NCBI RefSeq assembly: GCF_044704955.1
Contig: NC_091992.1
Span: forward strand, 22,506,001 to 22,570,000
DNA: 64,000 bases
Reading direction: 5' to 3'
Origin: Pristiophorus japonicus
Taxonomy: Eukaryota
Part shown: positions 12,340 to 24,849 of the stretch, one piece after another
Numbering within the stretch: position 1 is the stretch's first letter
How the letters are laid out: each line of letters opens with the position of its first letter
The notes under the pieces: generated by a model
Seen by the model: the letters and a program-made list of their open reading frames with translations, nothing else
Database searches by the model: none
Told to the model about the DNA's origin: nothing
Translations under genes and position numbers: made by a program

Positions 12340-15300
12340 ACCTCAATGTTTTGCAGTCAGAGATGCCAGAAATGAGTTAAAAGCACAGCTATTCTGGTGC
12401 CTGGCTCTTCCTCCTCCCCTGAAAACTCACACAAAGCCCCTCTGCTTTAAAAGATCTTGTTACCCCCTTCAGGTGTCCCAAGATGGGATTCTGATTCTGC
12501 AAGTGCTACTATGTAAGAGAATGCTGTTAGTATCTGGTAAGAGGACCGCAAAGGAAAAGGTGAGTGTGTTCGGGATGAGAAAGGGAGGTGGTCCACTGTG
12601 TCCTTGTGATTGGTGGTGAAGGATGTGATGGGGTGGGAGGTGGAGGGATAAAAGGAATGTTGCCAGATGAGGGCCTCCTGAAAATATCTGGGCTGAATCT
12701 TAGCCACCTATCTATTCAACTTACGATGTGCAATGGAAGTGTATAGGAAAAGGCAGAGTGACAAAGTTTTGTGAATACCAAAAGCAGAGGTACCACAAAA
12801 ATAGGATAATGCAAGGTTGTGCAGATGCAGCTTACCACTATATTGTGCAGCATATTGTAGTGACCTCCCAGACCTGTTGAGACACCTGCACCTTTATTTG
12901 AGGAGCTCTATAGTGTGCTCAATTGTAACCCTGGTGTTTTCATGGCTCTGATTATATCTGTGGGGTTGTAGAGGGAGGTCATGGTCAGAGTCAATTTTAA
13001 CAATTTAGAACAAAACAACCTTTGTCCTCAGGAAAGCTGATTTTATATTATCAGATAGAAACAGTTTTGAGAATAAAAACATTGCAAAGGGTATATTTAT
13101 GGCATCAAATTGATTAAATTAAGAATTCAGCTTGAGGTTAATTTGATTGCAAGCATTTTGTGCCATCCCTCATTAAATCCACTGACTAATTGTATGCATG
13201 GGTTGACTAACATTCCCACCACTATATGTAATCCCTCCTTTCAGCACAACAATTTCTCCAAACAATTAAAAACTCAGACTGGCAGATTGTATACACATGT
13301 TTCTACCGCAACCTCTGATGTTGTTAAAAAAAAAGTCGAGATTCCAGTACAAAACAAAATACATTTATGACAACGCTTCTCTAACTATTCTCTATTTTTA
13401 TTCATTACATCTAACTATTTGTGTTTCTTGTAAACAGGATAAATCCATGGGAAAATACAAACATGTAAATGGCTTTCAGTAGGAGTACTTAGTAAAGAGG
13501 ATAATATTCAATAGAAAATATGCTGGATATTTTGGGCAGCATAATACATTAGACAAGTGGATTTTACATAATTATCATTCACTTAACGCTGAATATACAC
13601 AAAAAGTCCTTTGCAATGAAGAACACAGTACTCTGTTCTTTTATTTTTAATTGCTGTCTCTGTTCTTGTTTTGAGAGAAAATGTAATGTGCTGGAAATGT
13701 TTACATTAGTTTGTACATGCTGTTTGTACAAATGTTTTCATGATTCAAATACATTACTGTGGCAGTAAATTAATTAAATGGCAAAAAAGCCTTCATGTTA
13801 ATCATGGATGCAAATGGTTTTGCAACACTCCAGAGAGCATGTTTGCTGCTTTTAATCATTTCTAGAACATTCTTTGTTTTCAGCTATGAATGGTTTACAG
13901 AGAAGTTGTACAATTCATCCTGGATTATCTGTAAACACTTTTTTGTCATGTACAATACAGTAACAGTTTTAGGGACAGTTTTAGTTTGACCTATGTTAGC
14001 CGAGTCCAATCATCAAAAACCCAAACTGTGCCATCGGGACAACCGTGTTTCTGGCTCTAATCTACTGCCATCCCACTTGGCTCTTTTTAACCACTTTCCA
14101 GAATATTGGAGAAGTTAGAGCAAAAAGTAATTCTCATCCGGGTGAGTAAACTTTGTTAACATGCAAGTTAGAAAAATGAAAACCTTGGAAGTAGCTTGTA
14201 AGAAAAAGAATTTGTATTTACAGTTTAAAATACAATCTTTCGTACTTGTATCCTACCACACAGCATTTATTAATTGACAAATAATGGAATTAGCCGTGTA
14301 CAGACGATTCAAGTAAAGTACACACTACACTAGAAATCCTTTCGGCATGCTCCATGTGATGATAATATTTTGTGACTTGAAAGCTATTGATACTAACTAT
14401 CCAAGCATTGGTAAATGTCATTTCCAATACATTGTAGTAGAGTAACAGTTATCTTTTGTAATGCATTTCAGCTGTTCATCAGATTTAAAAAAATAAGTTT
14501 ATTAGGTTGCACGGAACTACATATTCTGAATATACCAAAATGTATTCTTAATTATTTGCAAGTATTTTCTTTAATTACTTCTGTAACTTTTGTTTCATGT
14601 TATAATGCTGTTGGCTGCCGTGTTACCTTACATTACAACAGTGACTACACTTCAAAAGTACTTCATTGGCTGTAAAGCACTTTCGGACGTCCTGAAGTCG
14701 TGAAAGGTGCTATATAAATGCAAGTTCTTTCTTTTTCTTTTTTTCATTTTTGGTATGGTCATATCAGGGGCATTACATCTGTTCTAATATTTTTACAAGG
14801 GGCTGTTTAGGTTCTTAAGGTTGTACTATCAGTTTTAATCATTTAAATATTGATTCTTCCACCCCCCTTTTAACTATTCGTTTGCCCAACCTGCCTTTCC
14901 CAACTGATTGTGGGCAGGCAACCTGCGGCCACGGATCTGCCAAATTCTGCTCTTAAACGTGCAATTGCAACATGTCTAACAATGGCCTGGATGACATGCA
15001 CCTCACCTCCATTCTGCACTATCTTCTAGATTGCTTCTCTGGGATTGGGGACTTCCTATGCGCGTAATTCAAATAAAAATACCAAATAAAAAGAAAAAAA
15101 GGGAAATCTTAAATGAAAACAGAAAATACTGAAAATCAACAGCAGGTATTTCAAAATCTGGAAACCGAAAAGACAGGTTAATGTTTCGGCAAAGGATGTT
15201 TACCTAAAGTATCAATCTGTCTTTTCCCTTTGATGGATTCCTGTTTTAATTGCCATTAATAAGCCGATGTATTCTCTACATTTCCATATAAGAGGAATAT

Positions 15301-16214
15301 TTGTAGAACTAGGTTCTAAGTACAACTGTTATGTCTCAGTATTCAAGGTTTATTTTTCTTGGTACCTCCAAAGGATCCCCTTGTAAATTGGAACATTGAT
15401 ATTTTGCATGTGTCTGTTGTAGTCACATATTTATTTGGAGTATAAAAATTGAAATGTACAAAAATAAATCGATGGAGATAGTTTTCATGAGAAAGCATCA
15501 ATTTATATGGATGTACCTTATAGAAAAAATAGTTTGGAATACTCTAACCAGTAAAGTTAAAATGTATTATAATTTCTGCACAAATCATGCAAAGTAATTG
15601 TGCTAACTTTATCTGATGATTTTAAAATCTGCCATTATATGATGGTTTGGTATCACTGGATTGATACTACATTTCACGGGTGTCACAAACCATCTTAACA
15701 TACCATAGCAGCAGTACAGGTAAAACTGCATTATGGGATTGTGCTGGGTAATGCTTTGAGTCCAGGCAAGCAAATACATACACATATGCCTTGATTTAAA
15801 AAGAATTATGGTGAAGCAAAATGATTGTGTTATAATGGAAATGCTGATATTATTCATCATTTTACTTATGGAAATGGCATTCTACAAAGCCATCTGATAG
15901 CATTATTCATGCAATTTATGAACTCATTTGGAAAAACCACACAACTTAATTCCTTGTGTGTCACGCAGTCATTTCCACCTCCATGACACCACACCACTAA
16001 CAATGGGGCATTTGTTTTTACTCCTCCAAATCTTTGATTATTTGTATTAAAACTCAAATATCCATGACACATATTATTCTTGGGTTAACATTGTTACTAA
16101 CTTAAAAGAGAACCTTGTCAAAGAAAACAGTTATCTCAAGTCACTTAGGGAATACTAGGTAAGGTTAATGTGCCTGATGTCAATATAATCTGCTTTCTTT
16201 TCTACAGATAAAAA

Positions 16215-17297
16215 ATGGGTGATTGGTCATTACTTGGCCGTCTCCTAACTGAAGTTCAGAACCATTCCACAGTAATTGGGAAGATCTGGTTGACAATGTT
16301 GCTGATTTTTCGCATTCTGCTGGTCACATTAGTCGGTGATGCAGTATACAATGATGAGCAGTCCAAATTCACCTGTAACACCCGCCAGCCAGGGTGTAAA
16401 AATGTTTGTTACAACACCTTTGCACCTATCTCTCACCTGAGATTCTGGGTTTTCCAAATTGTTTTGGTTTCGACACCATCAATTTTCTACATCGTGTATG
16501 TCCTGCACAAAATAGCGAAAGATGAAAAATATGAAATGGAAAAAGCACATGAACTGGAATTATCAAACAATCCTATATCTAGTGGACACAACCCAGAAGA
16601 TGAAACCTTGAGTCAAAAATCTGATATCACCATCTCACAGAAAAGTGAATTTGATCTAAAAGATGGAGAATATGAAGTAGAGCATATTAAAAGTAATAAA
16701 AACAGTGACCCAATCTATCTATCAAACAAGGTTTTAACTGTATATGTTATACATGTAATGCTGAGAGCAGTTATGGAGGTTACATTTTTGCTGGGACAGT
16801 ACTATCTGTATGGATTTAATGTTCCTTGTTTGTTTGTCTGTTGGACCTATCCATGTCCAACCAAAACGGACTGCTTCGTCTCCAGAGCAACAGAAAAGAC
16901 CATCATTTTGAACTTTATGTTTTGTATCAGTCTCGCATGCTTCTTGCTGAACATTGTCGAGCTTCATTATTTGGGCTGGGTCTACATTGCACGTGTGTTA
17001 TGTACGACTTGCTCACCCTGCTGCAAGAAGAAGAAACAAAGGGAAGCAGTGCATCGGTATTCACAGCAAAACCCTCTTCTATTGGCACTAAAAGATTCAT
17101 TTTGTGACAATTTAATGTTGAAGTCATCTGCAGGATTGTTGCATCAGAGACCAGGCTACCTCCCACGTCAAGTAGCAATTTCATTTGAATCTGCACCAGT
17201 AGAAAGCACAAAAAAGAATCTTGATGAAAAGGAACATGGCAAGCTGCAAAGTGGAAATCTAAATAAGCCTGGAAAAAGCAAGAAGGTTTGGCTTTAA
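16215..17297 (+). CDS. gjd5: Connexin (gap-junction protein), delta-like group, most similar to fish Cx39.2/gjd5 ('GJD2-like'); 360 aa, single coding exon
   Basis: N-terminus MGDWSLLGRLLTEVQNHSTVIGKIWLT; EL1 C-x6-C-x3-C (CNTRQPGCKNVC); EL2 C-x4-C-x5-C then FVSRATEKT; four TM segments; splice acceptor tttcttttctacag ending 16207, with the ATG 7 nt into the exon. The connexin call is certain; the subfamily and symbol are from recall. Confidence 0.9.
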   Translation: MGDWSLLGRLLTEVQNHSTVIGKIWLTMLLIFRILLVTLVGDAVYNDEQSKFTCNTRQPGCKNVCYNTFAPISHLRFWVFQIVLVSTPSIFYIVYVLHKIAKDEKYEMEKAHELELSNNPISSGHNPEDETLSQKSDITISQKSEFDLKDGEYEVEHIKSNKNSDPIYLSNKVLTVYVIHVMLRAVMEVTFLLGQYYLYGFNVPCLFVCWTYPCPTKTDCFVSRATEKTIILNFMFCISLACFLLNIVELHYLGWVYIARVLCTTCSPCCKKKKQREAVHRYSQQNPLLLALKDSFCDNLMLKSSAGLLHQRPGYLPRQVAISFESAPVESTKKNLDEKEHGKLQSGNLNKPGKSKKVWL

Positions 17298-17409
17298 AAA
17301 AGTAAGAGAGGGTTTGTAACAGATTGAGTTACATTCTGAATATAATGTTCAGAGGTACTTTAAATTCAAAACAGTAACAGAAAGTTTGCTAGTAAACACA
17401 ACACCTTGA

Positions 17410-17996
17410 GGGGAATTTTCACATGAAAAAACAGGTGGGTTGGAGGACAGGGGTGGGGGGGGGGAGAAGTTAAAGTTATAAAAATCTAAAACCTGACCCC
17501 CAACTCGCCTACTTTCACCTTTGACTCAGGTGGAACGGGGGCGAGCAGCCAACCAGCTGCCAGGAGGAGGGTTGGCATTTTAAATATTATGAGGCCTGAT
17601 GACTCTGCTCGGGATTCCTGGTAGCTGCAGTGAGGTGAGCACAGCCTCGGGGACCAAGCCTAATGGGCTGGGAGGAGAAGGAGTGCTTCCTCCCGGATCG
17701 CACAAGCTCACTCACCAGCAACCCGCCACCCCCCCTCCCCCAGGAGTCGGGCTTGGACCCCCCCACCCCCCTCGGGAATCGAACTCAGCCCTGGAGTTGG
17801 GGATCAGACACCCCCCCACCCCCCGCGGATTGAACTCAACCCCGAGGTCAGGGATCGGAACTCCACCCCCCACCACCCCTCGGGGATCGAACTCAGCCCT
17901 GGGGTTGGGGATCAGACCCCCACCCGCCTCCAGGGATCGAACTCAGCCCCGAGGTCGGGGATCGGACCCCACCCAGGATTGGGGATCAGACCCCTT
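17410..17996. mobile_element. DNA-transposon-derived fragment with ~50-bp GC-rich tandem repeat (17720-17996)
   Basis: Head resembles the 2488 element; unit gggatcgaactcagccc(t/c)ggggttggggatcagaccccc repeated about 4-5 times. Confidence 0.65.
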
Positions 17997-18679
17997 TTAT
18001 TGTGTTGCAATAAGGCAGTTCAGAAAATCAAAAAATATTAAATTATCTTCATTTGAAACTGAAATGGAGAGGACACACTTCTGAAAAACTAAATTAAATT
18101 CTCATTCTGTGTTAAATTTTCACTTGTCTCTGTGACATAATGACCAGTAATGCCCTCAAAGACCTAAATAGGCACTCTGGCAAACTTTTCTGATCAAGAA
18201 AGCTCTAACTCAAAACTTTCAACCTACTCAGAAGCTGTAAGGTTTATAATTTGCCACTGTAATTACTCAGTATGGATACAGCTGGAAATCCTTTCTCCAC
18301 ATCAATCCTTGGATGAGGATAAAATGTCCCCTTTTATGGCCCTATCACTCAACAATACTTGACTCAAACAAACTATCTGTAATGGTGAAATACCATCCAA
18401 TAGTACCCCTAACAATTAAAGGTGACAATTGGTTTATCTCATCATTAAAATGCTCCAGGGCACACTTTCCTTTCCTCATTATATTGTAACGCCAATTACA
18501 ATTCTCCTTCTCTGTATTAAATCCTAGACCTGGCATTTGACTTACTAAGCAAATAGCAATTTCATAGAGAAATCTAAATTATTTTTCAAAGCTTGACTGT
18601 ATTTAGCACAACACCAACTACATAGGTATCAAATTTACTATGACAACCAATAAACATATTCCATTCAGAGTTTAACTGG

Positions 18680-19010
18680 ACAGATTAAAGGGTGATCTAA
18701 TTGAAGTATTTAAGATGATTAAAGGATTTGATATAGTAAACAGAGATAAACTATTTCCTCTGGTGGGCTAGGCTGTTCAAGGGTGATGTCAGGAAGCATT
18801 TCTTCACACAAAGGGTAGTAGAAATCTGGAACTCTCTCCCCCCAAAAGCTGTTGAGGCTAGGTCAATTTAAACATTCAAAACGGAGATTATAGTTTTTTG
18901 TTAGGCAAGTGTATTAAGTAACCAAGATGGAGTTAAGATACAGATCAGCCATGAATGAACGGCGGAACAGGCTCGAGGCGTTGAATGACCTACACCTATG
19001 TTCCTGTGCT
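18680..19010 (+). mobile_element. CR1 3' end, degraded
   Basis: ggggtgatctaattgaagt..., ttcttcacacaaagggtagtagaaatctggaactc and the CR1-type 3' UTR. Confidence 0.75.
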
Positions 19011-19789
19011 ATATTCGGTCTTGGTTTTTGGGTGACAAATTATAGCAATTTCTTTGTGTCACAGAAAACCTTTAAAAGCAACCATTTAAAGTTTTGGCTA
19101 GTGTATTGTGTTAGCACCCTATTCTTTTGGCATAGGAACCTGTGCTCAATCCAGCCATTGCTGGTAAGGGTCCATCTGAAATTAGTTCAGGGCAGACTTA
19201 ACCTACTTCCACATCGTGTGGATCTACAGTATAAGATTGATTATAATTTGGCACTAAATTCGCAGTCTTGCTCAGGCAGACCACAAAGATGTTATGTGAG
19301 AGAAATTAAAACATTTATAATAATGTAGTGGGGAGTTGTCTTTTAAGGTGAGGGTGAGGAATGTACCGTGCTTTACTCTACAATTGGTCCTTGCTATATT
19401 CGAACTAGGAGTATTTTTATGCTGACAGTTGACACCAACAGCAAAAAAAATTGTTTCACACTCTAGCCCGAACTACCCTCATTTTAATATATACAAAAAA
19501 GAACCAAAATATTCATCACAAGATAATAATGACAATTTAAAGCAGCAATAAAAAATTTAAGTATTTGCGAAACAATCTGAGGTTCAACTGCAGATTTTCA
19601 AAACTGAAAACGAATTGGAAGAAAACAAATCAATATAAGCTAGAAAGAAATTAAAGTTATTAATAACATCTGATACATTTCTCAGCGCATTTCTTAGTAG
19701 TATGTAAGATTAAAAATCTTCTGTCACTTGTATTAATTTCCCACCCAAGGTACTCAAGAATTCTGTCTAACAATTTCCAGCAAGATGAA

Positions 19790-20190
19790 ATAATTTGCAT
19801 TTATATAGCGCCTTTCACGACCACAGGGCATCCCAAAATGCTTTACAGCCAATGAAGTACTTTGGAAGCATCACTGTTGCAATGTAGGAAACGTGGTAGC
19901 CAATTTGCACACAACAAGATCCTGCAAACAGCAGTGAAATAAATGACAAATGATAAATGTTTTTTTAGTTGTTTGATGGATAAATGTTGGCCAGGAAACC
20001 AGAATTCCCCTTGCTCTTCTTTGAATATTGCCGTGGGATCTTTCACGTCCACCTGAGAGGGCAGACAAGTTCCCGGTTTAACATCTCATCTCCATCCTAG
20101 ATTATGTGCTCAAGTCTTTGGAGTGAATCTTGAACCCATGACCTTCTGATTCAGAGAAAACAGTGCTACCACTGAGCCAAAGCTGACATC
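19790..20190 (-). mobile_element. SacSINE1/DeuSINE-like SINE
   Basis: Reverse complement of the 25685-26150 family, from the tail (ttgcatttatatagcgcctttc) to the tRNA-like head (cttgaacccatgaccttctgattcag). Confidence 0.88.
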
Positions 20191-20389
20191 TAAGAAAGGG
20201 ATTGCCTTGCCAGTCTTTGAGGCTGCATCAAAAGCATTACTTTTGTTAATGATCAGACTTTTCCTATAGATTATTCAAATTTTTCCTTTGTACTTTTCCT
20301 ATATTTTCTTAGTAATATTTCTTCACATGTACTTTTGGATGAGAATACAGCAAGGAATAATTGAACTACATACTAGTGTATTAAGACAT

Positions 20390-20820
20390 ACTGGGGCTTA
20401 AAAGGTTTAAACTATGAGGGTAGGTTGTATAAACTTGGCTTTTATTCCTTTGAGTTTGGAAGGTTGAAGGATGATTTAATTGAATTGTTTAAAATGATAA
20501 AGGGATTTGATAGGATACATAAAGATAAACTATTTCCTCGGATGAGGGGAATCTAGAATAAGGGGACACAAACTTAAAATTAGAGTTAGACCATTTAAGA
20601 GTGAAATTCGGAGGAAATTTTTCACACACAAGTTTGTGGAAATATGGAACTCTCTCCACAAAAGGCTGCGGATAGGGAGTCAATTGCATTTATCAAAACT
20701 TAGATAAGAGTATCAAGGGTTATGAATCAAAGGCAGGTAAATGGAGTTGAGGTACAGATTAGCCATGATCTAATAGAATGGTTGGAGGGGCTGACTGGCA
20801 TAGTCCTGTTCCTATGCTCC
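20390..20820 (+). mobile_element. CR1 3' end, degraded
   Basis: aggggacacaaacttaaa and ggaaatttttcacacaca...atatggaactctctc, followed by the CR1 3' UTR. Confidence 0.75.
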
Positions 20821-21056
20821 TTAGATACTTTGAAAATATTTCAGTTCAAATCTCCATAGACAGATGAGTGAGTGTTCATACCAATATAATACTGTAAAGT
20901 GCGTTTACACTGAGAAGTTTGTTTATTAGTTAGTCTAGACTTTATTTGCTCCAGTCTGAATGTCAGTTTAAATAGATCGTGGCTGTAATGTACACATACC
21001 AGTTTGAGACTGATACATGTTGAGAGTAATGTAGAGTCAGCAGATGCAAATTACAG

Positions 21057-23873
21057 GCCTCAATATCAACTTCGAGGCACGTTGGGAGAAGGGGGGGTCT
21101 GATAGCACGTGGGAAATCTGGAAGTAATTTCAGCGCGTCTGTCTGTGGCATTTTAACGCAGGCATCTTATTATAAATTGTTACAAAAGCAAAATACTGCG
21201 GAAGCTGGAATCTAGAATCAAAACTGAAAATGCTGGAAATCTCAGTGAGTCAGGCAGCATCTGTGGAGAGAAAGCAGAATTAACGTTTCGGGTCCCGATG
21301 ATCCGGGTTTGGCATCAAATACACGGCAACGGGAGTGATATTTAAAGGGGCAATCCGGAAATGGAATTTGGAGGAGTTGGGAGGTTTGGCACAGAGACAC
21401 CAATTGCAGAAGATGGACTCAGGACGCTCAAAGACTGCACCCCACTTTAATGACACCTCCCTTGATTAACTGCCGGGGGCAGTGAGGAGTTGGAAAGTCT
21501 CTTCCCCAGCAATGGGAGGAGGAAACCTGCTGTTGCTACAAAAAAATAGGCGTGGCTGGAGATGTCCCAGGAAGTCAGCAGCAGGAGCATTGTATCACGC
21601 TCCTATCTTCAGTGCAGAAAGCACTTTAATGACTTAACTAGGTAAGAAAGGTGAGTACAGTTACACATTCACCTACATCCTGTTGTGCGCATTAACCCCC
21701 CTCGCTCTGCCTTGACAAGCTTACTCCATCACATCACTCCTCGCATCCACTTACCTTCAAGTTCATTCATCCTTCCCTTTCTATGCACTTCCTCACATCC
21801 CCATCTATCCTTCCACCACTGCCACTCATCCTGATCCTTATGCAATTTAATGCCAGTCTCTGATAGTCACAGACAACAAATGCGCTACCATTACACATGC
21901 CATCTGAGCAGATTGCCTCTACTTCTGCTGAAGCCACAGGAGTTTCACCATGTAGGAGTAGGAAAAGGAAGAAACAAGCTTTGTAGTTGCATAAGAGTAT
22001 GGACATTGATGTTATTAGAAAATGTTATGTTTTAAAATTTCTGTTCTTTGGTAGAATAACATAAAATTTATTACTGTTACCCATTCTTGGTTGCTGGGTG
22101 GCAACTTACCTTTTCAGTTGTTTGTTGAAGAATGGGAAAACATGAATTGACGGTGACCAATGGCGGGGTGGTGGGAGGGGGGGTAGGGTTGGCGGCTGTG
22201 CAATGGGTGGTTGGTTGGTAGCAGGACTGATTTGTGTTAGTGGGATTGGTGGCGGGAGTGAGCGGGAAATGAGAGTGGCTGTTAGATGTGGTTGTTACAT
22301 GGGTCCAGTGGTGGTAAACTAACTGAACCTTGCAGCTATAAGGGAATCCCTGGTATCCTGGGCAGCAATGTGAGTGGCTGGTGCTGCATTGGTGTTGCCA
22401 TCCTCCTCTTCCTCAGATTAGTCTGCAGGTAATGTGTGCTCAGTGCTTTTTTTCCTCCAGCAGATCCAATCCTCGCTGCTGCACAATGTTGTGCAGAGTT
22501 CAGCACACTGCGATCATTCTGGAGACCCTGACTGGTGACTACTGAAGGGTGCCTCCAGATCTGTCCAGGCACCTAATGCGTATCTTGGGCATGCCGATCA
22601 CTTGCTCAATGACATATTTGGTTGTCATATGGCTTTCATTGTACTGCTCTTGGGCTTCATTGGTTGAGTTTCTCACGGGTGTCATCAGCCAAATTTGAAG
22701 GGGGTATCTTTAATTTCCTACCAGCCAGCCCTTAAGTTTGCTTGGTGGTCCAAAGAGCTTGGACTGCTGCATCATGGCAGCTTCTGGAAATCTGACGCAT
22801 ACCTACATAAGCCTTTTCCTGTGGTTGCACACACAGCTGCGCATTGATGGAGTGGAAGCTCTTGTGGTTTATGAATACTCCTGATTAATCTGGGGGTGCG
22901 TGGATTGCCATGTATGTGTAGTTTATATGCCCTGCCCAGCCAACCCTAATCTGTGGTAAGTCAGCTAATGACGCAAAGCCAAGAGCTCGCTCATTCTGAC
23001 TGGAGTGCAGTTGGCATAATTGCCCTGACAAACATCTCATCAGTGACCTGCCTTATGCATTTGTGTGCAGTCTACTGAGAGATCTTGGATATGTCTCTGG
23101 CATTGCCCTGGAAGGATCCGGAGGCAAAAAAAAGTTGAGGGCGGTGGTCACTTTCACAGCCACTGGTAATGCGTGGCCACCAGGTCCAGCAGGGGGCTGG
23201 TCTTCTTCTAGGAGGCTGTAGATGTCTGCCACCACAGACTCTGGAAGCACTGCTCTTCCGAGATGTCCAGAAACCTGAGTCTCTGCCTTTACACCCCGCT
23301 ATGTGGTTAGTGCCTCCTGCGAGCCTGACCTCTCTATTGCTCCAGTCTTTGCTCACCACCTACAGGTCTCTCCACAGCAAGCTGTTGCAACTGCTAATGG
23401 TCATCTTGCTCCTTGTCTCAGGTCCAATCTAAGGCAGCCAAATCGCCACCATCCTGATTCGAGTTTCAAAACCTCCAAAGTATAGAAACTAATCTCTCAC
23501 TACAAGTATTCTGAACAGACCTTTTCCCAGCGGAAGAAAATAGCTGACATCAGTAAGTACTTATTGCAGTATTTGCCTGACTTTTAATAAGCCCCATGAA
23601 TTGCCATTGTGTTCTCGCCTTGGTTTCAATGTCGACTTTCAAGAAGCCCGAGAAACCCATGGATGCACCATTAAGTTCGATTATACGTTGAAATATCGCT
23701 ACAATGAAGCGATTAACATTATTTAAATTGGTAACCCGCTTCTCCGGAGGGATTTATGTGCAATCTGCTGAACGCGCCCAAGCTAAATCCAGAAGTTGAT
23801 GCATTTTCGGCCACTTTATCTCCCCACCCCCACCATACCTAAACCTGTCAGCTGCTCCACTTAAAAATTTCCC
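21057..23873. mobile_element. Decayed autonomous-type PIF/Harbinger element with both genes (Myb/SANT-like on +, transposase on -)
   Basis: Plus 21414-21655 reads APHFNDTSL...AWLEMSQEVSSRSIVSRSYLQCRKHFNDLTR followed by a gtgagt donor. Minus 22330-23300 reads ALPVAVKVTTALNFF, HKSFHSINAQL, GWLVG..YP, VIEQVIGM, CLDRSGGTLQ. Element ends are approximate. Confidence 0.82.
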
Positions 23874-24849
23874 TGTAGTGTCAGTTCCACATTACTCCTT
23901 TGCAGGGAAGAGAGGTCTGTGCATGTTGCTTGCACACAGGTATCTGAATGCCAGTAGGATTTTAAGGATGCTGAAAAACTAACAGAATTAAAATTACATT
24001 TCAAAAGTTCCCAAGCTCTCTATTGGACTGCCTGGGAACTTTTTAAAATTCACTTTCCACCTGCAGTTACTCTGCAGCTAGTGCGAAGCCAAATTATTGT
24101 GAGAGTAGCTCCCTGGGATTATCTCACGCTGGTTGTCTAAATTTGATTTGGATGACTTCACATCCAGGGTACACGACATAGTTTGCATCAATGCTAAGTT
24201 AAAATTGCTTTGCATCAATGAAAAATGTGTTATAAGTGCCTATATGAGATAGATTCACTTGTAGGTGTTGATACAAGTAATCAAAATATCACTTGTAGAT
24301 TAACCCAGTAATTAAGGCTCTCAGTAACTTTGTATGTATTAGACATACAATGCTGTCCCAATGATAATGTTAATAAAATAAGTTGGTTGCATTCGCCAGT
24401 TTTTTACTTGAAGGTAAGAGTATTCAGCTCTTATATTATACAATTAAAGCAAAAAATGCTGGCATATAGCATGTGAGTCAGGAACTGAAAGGAGAAAGGT
24501 TAACATTTCAGGTCAGATCTTCATTAGAATTGATCAGAACTGACAAATGATGTAGCCTAAAATATTAACTGTTCTTTTTAAACATTAGCCTATCTTTTTG
24601 TTTCAGATGCTGACATGCTTGTTGTGTGTGCTAGCATTTTCTGGTTTTATTGGAGACTTATAACATTTGTGAATTTTGTTTTAATTTCTTCTGTGCGATG
24701 CAAGTAGATCTGTCTTGGAATGTGTATCAAAGGTGTAACAATCCAAAGGTTCAGTTGATATAAACTGCAAACAAACTTGAATGGTTTATAAAGTAATTTT
24801 GAGTTCCTGGACTATGACTACACCTCCTAGTCATTACTCTTCCCAATAT

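Larger units (their letters stand above)
9990..12700 (+). mobile_element. Decayed PIF/Harbinger transposon (HARBI1-like DDE transposase remnants), interrupted by CR1, a foldback repeat and a solo LTR
   Basis: FAAVAGFLRIQGMIHCTHV (family IAGFP.VQGAIDCTH), NKKGYHSINVKLV and GWLLG...YL..WLMTP motifs at 11562-11880; ends approximate. Confidence 0.8.
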
